NCBI RefSeq assembly: GCF_002105155.1
Contig: NW_019029006.1
Location: 248,001-312,000, forward strand
Length of the DNA: 64,000 nt
Reading direction: 5' to 3'
From: Lobosporangium transversale
Lineage: Eukaryota
The position numbers and the translations under genes are program-made. The notes beneath the pieces were generated by a model. The model did no database searches, was not told the DNA's origin, and worked only from the letters and a program-made list of their open reading frames with translations. Positions 51,282-64,000 of the stretch are shown one piece after another. Each line of letters opens with the position of its first letter. Within the stretch, counting starts at the first letter, position 1.

Positions 51282-53573
51282 TCAGGATTTTAATTCGGTG
51301 CTCTCTCGAGGAGGGACCTCATCTGAAGATGCTTGTGAAGCTACTTGAGAAGATTCTTTGGCATCAGGCCCTTGCACAATATCATCTGGCTCATTATTGT
51401 TATCCTCTCCTAGAATGGCCTCTTCTGAGTTAGCTGGGGCTCCTATCTCAGTATCAGCAGTTGGTGCTGTCGAGTCTGTTGAATCATCGTTATCGGAAGA
51501 TGGCTTCTCTTGTTCATCAGATAGCGTTGTCAAGTTGGGCTCGGTTTCAAAACTTTCGACTTGAACGAGACCGCCATAGATACCCTCATCAAAGCATTTT
51601 AAAATATACTCCTGTACCGCACGTTTATAAACAACCAGGAACTCGTCTAAGATCTTTTGCTCGCTCAAAACCTTGGATTCCTCAGCTCCTTGGAGCTTGA
51701 ACCCAACGGCGTTAGAGTTATTTTGAGGTATTGATGTTGATGTTGGTCGAAGCGTTGAACGGAAGGCGCTGGGGCGCTCTCCAAAAATATGGTGGTCGTA
51801 TTTTTCTAGTCCGAAGTCTACGCGTGTCAGACTATCAACCAATATCTCTCGTAAAGGTATTGCAAGTGATAGTGGTGCAAGTAGTCGCAATGAATTGAGC
51901 GCTGTCAAATATGAATTGGTGAGATATGCGAGCGCAGGATAGTCCATAAGATAAGTTTGAGGAGACAAAGATGATGGCCCACTGCCTAATGTGATATCTG
52001 CGCTTGATGTTCTACTGAGGATTGAGGGTGTTGAAGCAGATGATAACGATGCAGATGTACGCCCTATTCCGCTGACCATCCATTGACTTGGCAATAACCA
52101 ATCAGGCTGGTTTCTTCCTTCGCCACCAAGGCTATCCAAAAACTCGTCTGCACCTCGCTGGAATGCTCCTCCGACGACTCGGATCACTGCCTCTTCAAAC
52201 AAGGATGTGACAAGATATCGCAAATCGAATCCAATTTTAGCCATATTGGCACCAAAATACATCAACTGTGTCAGAACTGACAATAAGGCGGAAGTATCAT
52301 GAATCTGCGGGATATGAAGTTTGAGTATACTGAATATTATCTGGGTCCGATAAGTGACAAAGTCGGCCAAGAGGTTTTCAGTCGTCCAATGGTGTTGCTT
52401 TTGATGACTGGCATGCTCTGCTTCTATACTTCCTGGTCCGCTTGCAGGCCCGGTGCCAGAGCCTTTACGGTCGATCGATGGCGATGACAATGATGAGAAG
52501 TTTGTAAGGTGGTCTGCACTGCCAAATATACTCTTGTAATATGTCATGATGTCGAACAGGCACTCGCGCGTCACATCAATATACTTTTTTAAATATCCAA
52601 ACGAATCACCTTTATGAAATACGATCTTGGATAGCTGTTGATCCATATATAGGCCTCTAGATTTAAGAAAAAGCATTTTGAGTGGCGTCTCATCCTCGAC
52701 TACTCCTACTGCACTGTTCATTGTTGCGGTTGAATAAAGCGATCCAGGCACAGTGCCTCTTCCTTTAGATGTCGCCGGTGCCGCCCCGCTCTGAAATTCA
52801 TCATCATCCGCCACTTCGTTTTGACTGCTGAAGTTTCCCATGCGCCGGAGGAAGCCAACGGTTCTCAATGCTACGGGTAGTTTAATTGGTTCCCTTAGCT
52901 GGGCTAGCAGCTGAATGAGCATCATTTCTTTGCCCTGCGCGACCTTGAGCTCGATCTCCTGAATAATTCCAATCCCCGGGTATCTCGAAATCAGCCGTTG
53001 CACATGGCTCGCCAACTCTAATGCCTCGTTGTAATACCCATTCCTTACACACGTCTCCATGAGTAGCGGGATTTCCAGTACCTCAAGTAACTGTGAATGA
53101 GTTGCCAGGACCGAGGAATATATATGTTGCTTCTCTAGAATAGGTGACACTTTGTCTGAGAACCCTGTGAGCGTGTCGATAAATTTTGGTATAATATCCT
53201 GGAAATGATCTAAATGTTGGCCAAGGGTCTCGAAGGTAGACTGGACATCCTGTTTACAGTCCTTGACAAGGATAAATGTTTTGTAATCGCGGAATGCTAA
53301 TTCTGACATGCTCCGCTCCACTTTGAGCTGTTCTTCACGTAGCCTCCCCGGTTCATTATGCAATGCTGTTGCTGGGAGAGAAGTGAGTCGGTTGAGGTAG
53401 TCTTTGGACCAACTTGTTGAAAGAAGCTCGCGTTTTTGTGATGGGACCTTTTCCAGGATCTTCTCAAATAGTGCATCCTGATCCGTACTGATGTTCAAAA
53501 CACTACTGTGGTTCATACGGGTCTCGTTGATATGTACACTTTGTGAATCTGGTCCTACATTATTGTTGGTCAT
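51282..53573 (-). CDS. COG8: Conserved oligomeric Golgi complex subunit 8 (Dor1), intronless
   Basis: 763-aa ORF with YLNRLTSL, LAFRDYKTF, LLEVLEIPLLMETCVRNGYYNEALEL, KLPVALRTVGFLRRM, RECLFDIMTYYKSIF and LTQLMYFG...GFD, the Dor1 signature. Confidence 0.93.
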   Translation of the reverse strand: MTNNNVGPDSQSVHINETRMNHSSVLNISTDQDALFEKILEKVPSQKRELLSTSWSKDYLNRLTSLPATALHNEPGRLREEQLKVERSMSELAFRDYKTFILVKDCKQDVQSTFETLGQHLDHFQDIIPKFIDTLTGFSDKVSPILEKQHIYSSVLATHSQLLEVLEIPLLMETCVRNGYYNEALELASHVQRLISRYPGIGIIQEIELKVAQGKEMMLIQLLAQLREPIKLPVALRTVGFLRRMGNFSSQNEVADDDEFQSGAAPATSKGRGTVPGSLYSTATMNSAVGVVEDETPLKMLFLKSRGLYMDQQLSKIVFHKGDSFGYLKKYIDVTRECLFDIMTYYKSIFGSADHLTNFSSLSSPSIDRKGSGTGPASGPGSIEAEHASHQKQHHWTTENLLADFVTYRTQIIFSILKLHIPQIHDTSALLSVLTQLMYFGANMAKIGFDLRYLVTSLFEEAVIRVVGGAFQRGADEFLDSLGGEGRNQPDWLLPSQWMVSGIGRTSASLSSASTPSILSRTSSADITLGSGPSSLSPQTYLMDYPALAYLTNSYLTALNSLRLLAPLSLAIPLREILVDSLTRVDFGLEKYDHHIFGERPSAFRSTLRPTSTSIPQNNSNAVGFKLQGAEESKVLSEQKILDEFLVVYKRAVQEYILKCFDEGIYGGLVQVESFETEPNLTTLSDEQEKPSSDNDDSTDSTAPTADTEIGAPANSEEAILGEDNNNEPDDIVQGPDAKESSQVASQASSDEVPPRESTELKS

Positions 53574-56116
53574 CTTGATTGCCTTCGGTCAATGGACCAG
53601 TGTAAAAAACGATGAGTGCGGCAGGATGAAATTTCGCGTGCTTCAAAAGTATGTGACTTGTTGTTGGACAAACATTTGTGAGAAGCGGCGACGCTCTTGA
53701 CCCATAAAAAAAAAACGAAGCAAGCTATAAAGTCGATTTATCTTACTTTATTAATATCTAAAATGATATGAATAAAATATGACAACCATATGCATACCCA
53801 CGCATATGGAGTCATTGCATTACTCTGCTAAATGAGCGATATTGCCTATATAAGACATCAAGCTTGTAGACTGCTTTATGGTAGAAAGGAGTTCGCTCAT
53901 TGCCAGCAGGAAAAAGCAGGCCTTAATGACAGTTTAAGTAGTAACGAGTTCTATTTCTCTCTGGCAACACCGCTTTGTTCAAGCCAACTTGGCTCTGGGA
54001 TCAGTATTCCAGACAAGCATAAGCTCAGTCGCGCATATTTCGCGTACACTCGGCCCTTGCCACGGATCTTGACCAATGTCTGTGCGCATGCATGATCAGT
54101 ACATGCAGTATGCGGATCCCGCGTTTCAAAGACCAATTTAGTCACTTTCATCCACATTCAAAATGTTCTCTTCGACTGTTGCAAGGGCAACGACAACGAG
54201 TGTAAAGCATGTCGCGAAGGACATTGTTTCAGAGACATTATTTTCAGTAAACTGAAAGCAAAAAAGGGTGATTTGGTTGTTAGTGCTCCAAGTCATAGGA
54301 TGGTTGCATGTAGAAACATATGATGACATAGATTATTGAGAGGTAATTCACACCTTAGGCTCTGTGGCAAAGCTGCCATCGGATACTTTGATTAAAACGT
54401 GAGGACAGGCATGTCTGCCAGCCCTTTGAAGAGCAAGCTTCGTCCCTTGAATGAGAAAAAGCTGATCAATACCTTATACAGTGACAACCCATTTGCAACG
54501 CCAATCCTCAAGCACTGCTTTCATAATAAATAAAAACCTCTGTCAATAACAAAGTTTCATTTATCCAACGTATCCTATGTCCAGCAGGAGTTGCCGATCA
54601 ACATAGGAATATCATAGAAAGCTTCTCTTGCGGAGCCGAGTGATCTACACCAACGACCTGGTGCTCAAATACAAGCGACGACAGTTAGGGGTTATGCTTG
54701 CAGAGACGAAAGATGGCGAAGATGATGAAGAGAATGGCGGTGAAAGAGAAGACTTGTTTAGGTTTGGTAACTACGATGTATTTCTCGATGAAGCCAAGAA
54801 ATATATCATAAGAGTCCGCATTGTAGTCGATTTGGGCGCCATTGAAACGCGTGCTTAGGGCACCTCAGGACATGGGTTTCTTGGATATGGCCCAGCATCA
54901 TTAACCTTTCGTACCATCATCTGTAGTTTGTCCTTCCTCTTCGACACATAAGCGGAGGCCACCTTAGTACTTCTGCCTCTATCTTTAACACCGTCTACTC
55001 CTTTACCGTCTTTGCTTCCTGACCCAGGTGCAGAGTCAGATGACGTATGACAGTATCAATCGGAAACACGGCTTAAAGGCACTTTCGAGTTTGGGAATGC
55101 AGTTTAGCGCACCTCAAACTGCCCACCAGCGCTTAATGCCTCGTTGTTGGGCTTGGCTCAGGTGAAAGGAATGCCCTGGCGACTACCTTGCCCAACCCAG
55201 CCTACCCTCAGTACAGCTATCGTTCGACGCTATCCCCTACATCGGCCCTATGGAGCCTTTCGTCCTCTTTTACAAGAATAAAGAGAAAGTGCATGGAACT
55301 GATGTCACAGAGTCAAGATGCTACCATTGACTTTGGATCGAGCTCATGGCTACTTGAATTGTCTCGTGGCAAACAAATCTATGTACATCCTTAGTATCTC
55401 AAGGAAACCAAGAGGTGTGTAAAGCCTTTTGGAATAGAAGGCCGCCTGGAAATGTTTGTTTTATCGCAGCAAGCAGTTACACTTCGGTGGCATCGCCAAA
55501 CACGTAAAGATGATATAACTTGAATCACAACGCTCTTGGATGCCCACCTCCTCCGACCTGAACGAATGTTCATTAAGGAGGGTTCCTTGGTGAGAGTGGC
55601 TAGGCTCTTGATCCTCTCTCTATGAGGCTTTCTGTGGGTGGTCTTTTCTTGATCAGCGCCTATGCTATCGACATGCAGGAAATAGTATACTGAGTCGAGT
55701 GCTTCCGACAAAAAAAGTGGGAAATGCATGCCAACCCGGATAGGTCTGCTTCTAATGCCATCTGCGGCAGCAAGTCAGCGAAGAGAAAGTCAAAAGCATG
55801 TCCACAGGGCATCGGTTTCGAAATAAGGGTTGATGGTCTCTTCTGGAAAGATCATAGTCCCAACTTGCCGTTTCTTGAGATGGTGCTAGAACCCAGTGGT
55901 ACCTATGTCTGTGTGTTATGATTTCGGTAGACCATTCAGGAAGCTATATCAGCGACCATGTCAGGCGCAAAGCTAACACACACTAATATAAATGTGAGAA
56001 AGACTTACTGTACTCACTCTCGGGCAAGCAGCATTCCGGGCGAAAAGAGGAAGTAGGATATTAAGCGGAAGTAAGTTAGGGATGCGATGAAAGGATGTGA
56101 AGGGAGATAAAGAGGA

Positions 56117-56167
56117 AAGAAGGGCAAGAAGGGCAAGAAGGGCAAGAAGGGCAAGAAGGGCAAGAAG
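56117..56167 (+). repeat. 9-bp tandem repeat (AAGAAGGGC) x about 5
   Basis: aagaagggcaagaagggcaagaagggcaagaagggcaagaagggcaagaag. Confidence 0.9.
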
Positions 56168-57650
56168 TAACAAGAGAACAAAAGGCGAAGATGTCTCTCA
56201 TCACAACGATCGATTGTTAAAAAGTCCTGGTGTGGTAAAAGCAATTTCATATGCGCACAATTGATACGAGCGATCCCAAACCTTTTCAACAACAATTGCG
56301 GCAACAACAACACCGAAGAAAAAAAAAAAAAAAAAAAGATTACTAGGCTCTCAGTTAGAGTTGTGGTTATGGGTCAAACAATAGGTTCAATAGGTTGGGA
56401 AAAGAAAAACAAAAAACAAAAACAAATCCACATTACACTTTTTTTTACGCGTTTGTTTCGTCGACCAATCAATTCATCGAAAAGAGTGTCAAATCCACAC
56501 AGCAATAAAAGCCATCATCGACCAGCCACTTTATCCAAAAGTTCGTGTATATCCATGTGCATGAAGATACCGCGATAAATTAGGGAGCTCGTAAATGTCT
56601 AGGCAAGTTCCTTCGAGCAATGCATAAAAAAATCCCTAGTTGCGCCAAGACCGAAATGACAAACTGAATAGCAGCAGCGGGACCCAGGCGATGGCGGAAA
56701 AAATATGTAAGGGACTCTTCGATCACCTGTATATGCTTTGTACGATGAAAGTTATGAAATCATTCAGATTATGCAAATAGTCGAAAGCTTTTTTCTTTTT
56801 TTCTTTTTTCTTTTTATTTTTATTATTAATTTAGAATAAGGTCTTTGATGTCACCAGTGCCATTCTACCTCAACTGCCAATCCATATTCAGCTCCTGCAG
56901 GATTCCTCTCTGCCTTAGTTGCTTTTTGCACTCGTACAATTTTTCATATGTGCGCATCCGAAATTGTCATTTCGAGAGCCACTTGGTATTGCGGATGTGC
57001 AGGGCAACGGTTATTTAATGTGTTATATACCTTCGCTATTTTCCAACAAACAATCAGCGCAAGCGATTTATCTGTATGTCGATAGCTGCTGTTGACTCTG
57101 CGCTTGGTCATCGTGTACTAAAGGCGAAAACGACACATTATTATACTGTTTTAAAGTGAGACTAGTTACTTCCTTCTTGAGGAGGTTTATCTCAAGTTTG
57201 CATAGGATACAAGCTGAGATTAACTTGATCAATACGAATGGACGCTGATGGCATACTACAGCTCTAGGCAACAATAAGATCACTATCTATAAAACAAGTT
57301 GCTAGAGCTGTTGAAGATCTCATTAATGATTTTTTCAAGTTACCGCTACTTCTACTACTGTTATTAGTATTAGCAGTAGTGGTAGCAGTGGGACTAACAC
57401 TGAAGTTTGCTCGTTTCCCGATGTTTTTATGTGAAGAAAGCATATAGAAGTGACTGGAAGGGGTGGTAGACGCGTGTTTGTCTTCTTTCTTCATTTCAAA
57501 GACGATATAGGGTAAATAACGGGCAAATAAATACCCAGTGTTCAAACACCCTTTGACAACAGGAAAAGGAAGTTGTTTTCTAGTCATATGGGAATTTATA
57601 TAAGTATTATACAGTTATTGTACAGGTAGCATTGTACAAAGTGGTCAATT

Positions 57651-60600
57651 TCAAGAAATACGGGGAGAGATGTGAGCCGTTTCTGGATATGGCTCAAATG
57701 TCGTTTGCGGGCGATGGAAACCTCGAGATGAAATGCTGACTGATTCGTCCTTGCCTCCTGACAATGGACCTGCAAGGTCTGGCATAGTAGAGACGCGTTC
57801 AATGCGTTTGCGGCGAGTATCAAAAGAGTTCCCAACACCATGTTCGATGCCTACATCACTTGACGCTCTGTCATGGAAGCGAAATGAGCCCTCTGCGGCA
57901 CTGAGGCGATGCTCCCTTCTACAGCCTGTTAAATCAGGAACACCAAACCCTGATGGCGGTCGTGTCTCTATATAGTCACTGTTTCGAGGGTGTCGCGGCC
58001 TATCATACTCCATCCGGCGAGCCAACTGCCGGGCGTACTGTTGCCTAAGATCATCATCGGTATACCCCTGATAGTCCTGACTATCTGCTGAGAAATCTTC
58101 ATGCAATACTCTCATGGGTTCGTCCACAACGAATCGTGGGTTGTTGATTTCAGAGTGTGTTCTTCCATACAATATATAAATCAAAATCCCCACCCCCATC
58201 CAGACCAGCAGCCGCATAATAGCCTCAGTTCGTGCGCCTTGAAGCAAAAGTAGAGAGCTACCTGCTCCAATACCGGGTAGTAAAAACGGACCTAGAAATA
58301 ACACAGACATTTCAACTTAGAAAAACCGTATATTGAGAAATACTCCAGTCCCTTTATCATAATGCAAAACTTGGCACAGTAATATACCTCCTGGGACTTT
58401 GAACCGCCTGGGTACGGTCTTTCTAGTATATCGCAGGATAATGACGCCAATGTTGACTACAAAATAAGCGAATATTGTCCCAACGGACGACATATCACTA
58501 AGCACCTGTATAGGAAAGAGTCCACCACAAACCGAGCAGAGGACGCCGGATATTAGTGTGCTAACGTATGGTGTCTGAAAAAGTCATTGTGTTAGGAAGT
58601 GAGTGAAGTGATCTAAGTCTTGAAGTAACATCAAATTATCAAAGCAACCTAACAACACACCTTATATTTCGGATGAACCTTGGCAAACAGAGGAGGAATC
58701 AGACCATCATTTGCCATGGCATAGAAAACACGAGGCTGAGCTATCAACAAGACAAGGATGACAGATGTGGTGGCTGCCAAAGCTCCCAATTCAGTTATGA
58801 CAACAAGCCAATGCATTCCTGTCAAGCGAACAGCATCTACCACTGGTGAATCGCCTCCAAGTTTCGTATAGTGCGCGACGCCTACTGTAACAACGCTAAG
58901 TATAAAGGCCATATCCATGATAACATGTCAGTGAAAATACTTGGCATCCTATGTTTCTTACTGTGATCATGTAGAGAGGCGTACCTGATACCGACGTAGA
59001 GTATAGTAGCTATAACAATCGTTGCCATTATACCCACAGGAAGGTTGACCTGGGGCTCTTTTGCCTCCTGAGCTGTGGTGCTGATACTGTCGAATCCAAT
59101 ATAAGCAAAAAATACCGTTGATGCGCCTGCAAGCATCCCTGACACGCCCCCAGTTTCTTCCGGGATGTAAGGATGGTAGTTTTCTGTCTTGACGAATGGG
59201 ATCATAGCCAGGATAACGATGATCAGCACAAGGACCTTGAACACGACAAGATAATTATTGATTTTGGCAGTCATGTGGATGCCAAAATAAATCGTGGTGG
59301 AAACAAGAGCTGAAATAACGAATGCCGGTGTGTTAAAATAAGCGCCTGACGAGCTCAAGGCTCCCTTTTCCCACTTGATCGGTGTGCGAGTCCATTGAGG
59401 TGAAACTTTCCAATTGAATGCGTCCTCAAGAAAAGCTACCATATAGGCTGACCACCCTACAGACACCGTAGCAGCGCCAACAAGATATTCAAGTATAAGA
59501 TCCCAGCCGATGATCCATGCTGCAAGCTCTCCTATAGAGGCATATGCATAAGTGTAGGCTGAGCCTGCAATCGGAATCATGGATGCCATTTCTGCATAGG
59601 ACAAAGCTGCAATTCCGGACACAAAACCTCCTAAGAGAAGAGACAGCGTAACAGAGGGGCCAGCCTGCGTCTGGGCAGCAGTGCCTAGTAATTTAAAACA
59701 AGTGATTCCTTAGTCTATTAACGAGCGAAATAGACGGGCTATATGCATATGCAAATAAATACGGGAATGACATAGATGAAGGTTAAGTAGCTTACCCATT
59801 AAAACAAAGACGCCTGTGCCAATAACAGCACCTATATGTTGAAACAAGGGTAAACGGAATAGGGAAAGATAATTGGTTAAGAGCGCGTTTACATGAACAA
59901 AAAGAGCTATATTTATGTTGTGGACGTTTATAATGTATAGCATGCTTGTGCTTCGATGCGGTTCTTCTCTAGTAATGACAAAGTAGACAGCAGAATGGAT
60001 CATACATGTAGAGCATATTTATATATACTAGCTATTTAACATTATGAACAAGCATGTGTGCATTTTCATTTCCTGCAATCCTGCAATCTTTGTTATTGCA
60101 CAAACATTTTCTTAATGCAATTTTATATATTCCATTTTCACAACAAATATATACACACAAATATCCACACATGAAGGACAAAGAGATGGGTGTAAAAAAT
60201 GCAAAAACAAACATTGGTCCAAAGCGACTTTTTAAGCATAGCAACATAACATGCAATAAATTGCCGGAGAGCACGGATGACAGCCCCCAGATATTTTGCC
60301 TTGAGCTATGGAGTGGTTGAGAGTAAGTAAGTGTACGAGAAGTAGATAGTCGAGAAAATGGGGAGCTTAGGAGGTCTGCATAAAAAAATGTGTGCTCTGT
60401 GTGAACCCATGATGGAGGTTATGATGCTCAAGTAAGTATGCTTATGGGCCAATCACTCTTCTTTTTGTTGTTTTGTTTGCACAAAGCAGCATGAAGATCC
60501 GAATCTTCGACTGCTCCAGTTACCAAATGCCACTCTTTTGCTTGAGTTTGACAAGGCATGATAAACAAACAATTGTGATGTAGACAAATGCAGAGGAGCA

Positions 60601-61540
60601 ATAAGAAAGAGATGCGTTCCAGATAATATGAAAGACTACAATGAGAGATAGCTCTACAAGCACAGGCCTAGACCCTGGTTGAGCACCAAGGTCTATTAAA
60701 TCGGGGACCCTTGGCTGTGTGAGGGTAACAAGGGTCATCCTGTGTTGTATTTGTTGGAATAGATCACCCCTTCTTGCTCATTTGCTCTGTGTGCTCTGAC
60801 AATTATTTGAGCATATCCAAGGACAATCATGTTTTTTTGCCACATTGCATCGACCTTGGTAACAATGGTAACGGAGAATTTGAATGAAAAAGGGGTGAAC
60901 TGTGCAGCAGCAGGGTTTAACACTTGATCTATGGAGATTTGGACTGACCAAATACCATAAAAAAAAAATAAGAGACACATGCCATCATGACTTGTCTTGA
61001 ACTGTGAAGACGGAGCATTACAACAACACCCATGCCAACAGTTATTGCGGCAATGCACACACACATTTCCTTTCTGAGCCATGAGTTTAAAATATGGCAT
61101 TTCCCTCACAGTGTTGCTCATAGCTTTTCTTTAGTCCTCACAACGGTCGTCTGTGAAGTGCAATTGAAGGAGTGCACGGAAAAATAATGACAGGTGCACA
61201 AAAAGAGACCAATCATTGAAATCGTGGAACATGACCTTGGAACTGAGCCTAGTACCCAATGTGTAAACGAAATCCAAGTTGTCCCTGCTGGGTAGTCTCT
61301 TTTTGAGGTAAGCTTCCATGCATGACCAAATTAAAAACACTCACCAAGTCCGACGAAAGTTAGTTCTGCAGGACCAAGTGCCCGATTGAATTTCGTTTCG
61401 GCTTCCTCGACTGTATACTCGAGGCGGCCTAGAGTCTGAATCGAGATCAAGCGTCGGGCATGGAACCTCAGCAGAGACTCGTTCGGCTTACGGAACGGTG
61501 TCTGTCCCGTGTAATAGTAGCCATCTTCATGGTCATCCAT
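57651..61540 (-). CDS. APC-superfamily cationic amino-acid transporter (CAT/SLC7, YfnA-like), multi-exon
   Basis: ATG 61540 ...FNRALGPAELTFVGL|GAVIGTGVFVLM|G...AGPSVTLS...YAEMASMIPIAGSAYTYAYASIGELAAWIIGWDLILEY, then FFAYIGFDSISTTAQEAKEPQ, QPRVFYAMANDGLIP and RRFKVPG. The first intron is about 1.5 kb. The C-terminal tail is cytosolic. Confidence 0.93.
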
Positions 61541-62411
61541 CTGCTCTTTGTAAAAAGAGAGGGAGTGTTTGGTGGAAGGCGTGTGGGGATGAATGATGGG
61601 CAAACTTTTGGCGGGAGAATTGAGTCGGAAAGAGAAAGAGAGGGAAGAGAAACAGGAGATCGAGGGCGCTACAAGGGTGAACGGTATCGCAGATGAGGAT
61701 TAGATGAGATTATCGTTTTAATAAGTGGTAAGGCACTTTTAATATATTAATATACAGAGGAGTAAGAGTGAGAGAGAGTGAAGCTTAAGAAAGAAAGTGA
61801 TTAATGACATGAGTGAATGAGGAATGATTGAGACAAAGAGACAGAGAGGATGATCTTTGAGTAACTCCATCGCTCTAAACCAAAAAAAAAAAAAAAAAAA
61901 AAAGGAAGTACAAAAACACATGTGCTTGCCATCTTTTGTGTATGCTTAAATACGATTGGATTTTGCAATTGAGCAGCACAAAATGTATAGTCGCATGGTG
62001 ATGATGTCTTCTATCTGTTTTTTTTTTTTTTTTTTTTTTTTCCCTCTGATGAATGCTATAATTAATGATGTGTAAGAGATTTCGTGAGCGAGTCAGGTTT
62101 GTCAACCATATTGCCTAGATGCGAATAGGCAGGTGAAGCCCTGTATTCATCTGTTGAACCAAGAGGGTTTGCTTTGAGCATTCATACATTCAAAAATAAC
62201 CTTATTTATAATTTAGAAATCTTGTGGTTCCTTACCTTCTCATGTACATTGCCATTTCCACATCGCGTGGTACAACCAGCCTGAGGATGAAGTTCATGTA
62301 CACATGCACGTGCTGGGAGGCAAATGTGACTTGTTCTTGCAGACTCTTCTCTCTCAGGCTGTGTTTTTTCTAATTATCCGCTTTGATACTTAGCTCGAAA
62401 AAGAAAACAAG

Positions 62412-64000
62412 ATGAAGCGGCTGGTGAGTGCTTTGGACCGGATGATTATTGTTCGTATTAGAATAATATGTAATCGAACAAAAATATTGACTTTGATCAC
62501 TCTATCTCTTTTATCAGGGTCACCCTCTAAAAAAGCTCATCCAAGCATGAGTAGCGCAGATAGCACTGATATTCTTGTGGATGAGATTACAAAAGCAGGG
62601 CTTGTAAGGAAAGGGATAGTGAATAATGACCCTGACATGTCGCCTCTCAACTTGAAAGAGAGGGTCAAGGTGCTTTCGTACATGGGGTAGGGATCAAGAG
62701 CCAGTATTTACCACAACATTATCAGAGCGGCTCGCGAGCTCCGAAATTCTGGTGAAGGTATCAAGGATTCCAAAATATTGACTGCCCCTGAGGGTCGTAC
62801 CTTCCCTGTTGCCGAAACACAGCATCTTTATATCAGAGAAGAATATAAAGAGCTTTATGACCATATTACAGCCAATTTCAATATCACTTATGAAACAGCT
62901 TCTTTGAGCCGAATCTTTGTCACTAGAACACCTGGAGTTGGGAAGTCAGCCTTTCTGGTTTATTTTGCCATCCTCTAACCGAGCACGACGAAGAAAATCC
63001 ACCGATTATTATTTTCCATGAGAAGAAGAGTACTAGATGTTATGCCTACGGAGGAATAACTTGCCAACGCTATGGGGAGAGAGCAGAGCTCACTGATTTC
63101 CTTGAGCAGCCTGAAATGTGGTACATGTACTTAGTTGATAATGACGATAAGCCTCGACCAGATCAAGCCAGGACGGTATTTTCGGCGTCGCCTAGAACTC
63201 TTAACATCCAGTACGATGTCATAGTCAATGATACTATTCCCTCTAGCCATTATCATATGTCACCTTGGAGTCTTCCCGAGCCTCAAGCCTGTAGAGACCG
63301 TGTATAGTACTTCCATACAGTGATGATCCACTTTTGGAGGAGCTTTATTCCAAATTGGGAGGCGTGTCAAGATAGGTCCTGCAGGCTCCATCTGATTCAC
63401 TTCGTCGTGAACCAAACAATATCTCAAATGCCAAGAAGAGCGCGTTTCAGCGTGTCAGAGATACCATCAATGAGCTCGAGAAGCCAGCGGATCTTGTAAA
63501 CCTCTTACAAAAATGAATGTATCGAGTATCTATAGTGGCTGTCTATTACATAGATGGCCAACATGAAATGGAAATCTCCTTTGGTCGAATCAGAGATTAT
63601 CGAAGTTTTACAAAAGCAGACTTGGAGTGATGTGTTGGGGAAACTTGTCAGAAGTGATGATGACATAGCTAAAGGCCCATTGTTTGAAATCTATGTTCGT
63701 TACTCATTTCAACGTGGTGATATTAGATTTCCCTTCAAGGATCTCCAGTCAGGCCTAACAGGATTTCTTGATTTCCTTGCAAAGCCGAAAGTGGTGCTTA
63801 TCGGGGCTTCAGATGAGTTATCAGGGCTCACTCAAGCAACTGGTAAGTTGTTTCTACCATCAATTCCTAACTTTCCGTGCATCGATTTTGTGTTGGAACC
63901 CGATAAGCTATTTCAGGTCACAATATCAGAGGAGCATCCGATCATACAAGCACCATTCAAGGAGATAAATGATTATATTGCTGGACCCTGCTCGAAGATA
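62412..64000 (+). pseudogene. Decayed Crinkler (CRN)/RHS-like gene with P-loop NTPase-like and probable nuclease-fold regions; runs off the window edge
   Basis: Fragments LYIREEYKELYD, RIFVTRTPGVGKSAFLVYF (degenerate GTPGxGKS Walker A), WYMYLVD, TVFSASP, YHMSPWSLPE, KLGGVSR, GPLFEIYV and NFPCIDFVL..LFQVTISEEHPI are broken by several stops and frameshifts. Confidence 0.75.

Overview
Intron-rich eukaryotic DNA from an early-diverging fungus. The gene complement (FKS glucan synthase, CAT-type amino-acid permease, Crinkler-like relic) and the long poly(A)/poly(T) runs in introns suggest Mortierellaceae/Mucoromycota; this is an inference. I reconstructed about 17 protein-coding genes by hand from splice sites. 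They are: DLT1-like membrane protein, a small secreted 10-Cys peptide, ULP2/SENP-like SUMO protease, an N-anchored Lys-rich protein, a Tom20(MAS20)-SET/MYND fusion, RPS27, FKS 1,3-beta-glucan synthase, a secreted DPBB/expansin-like protein, a tail-anchored unknown protein, an ING-family PHD protein, a Zn2Cys6 TF, an NT5C-like HAD phosphatase, an Atf1-like bZIP, a WLM/Wss1-like protease, peroxisomal thiolase, COG8 and a cationic amino-acid permease. A decayed Crinkler-like pseudogene sits at the right edge. Three things stand out. (1) The mitochondrial import receptor Tom20 is spliced in frame to a SMYD-type SET/MYND domain, and retention of the junction intron would yield plain Tom20. (2) An 83-aa prepro-peptide missed by the ORF track has a 43-aa, 10-Cys, internally duplicated mature part. 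(3) RPS27 appears to use a 7-nt start-codon micro-exon with a GC donor between two long, hairpin-rich introns. No tRNA, rRNA or CRISPR elements were seen. Exon boundaries are predictions from sequence alone.
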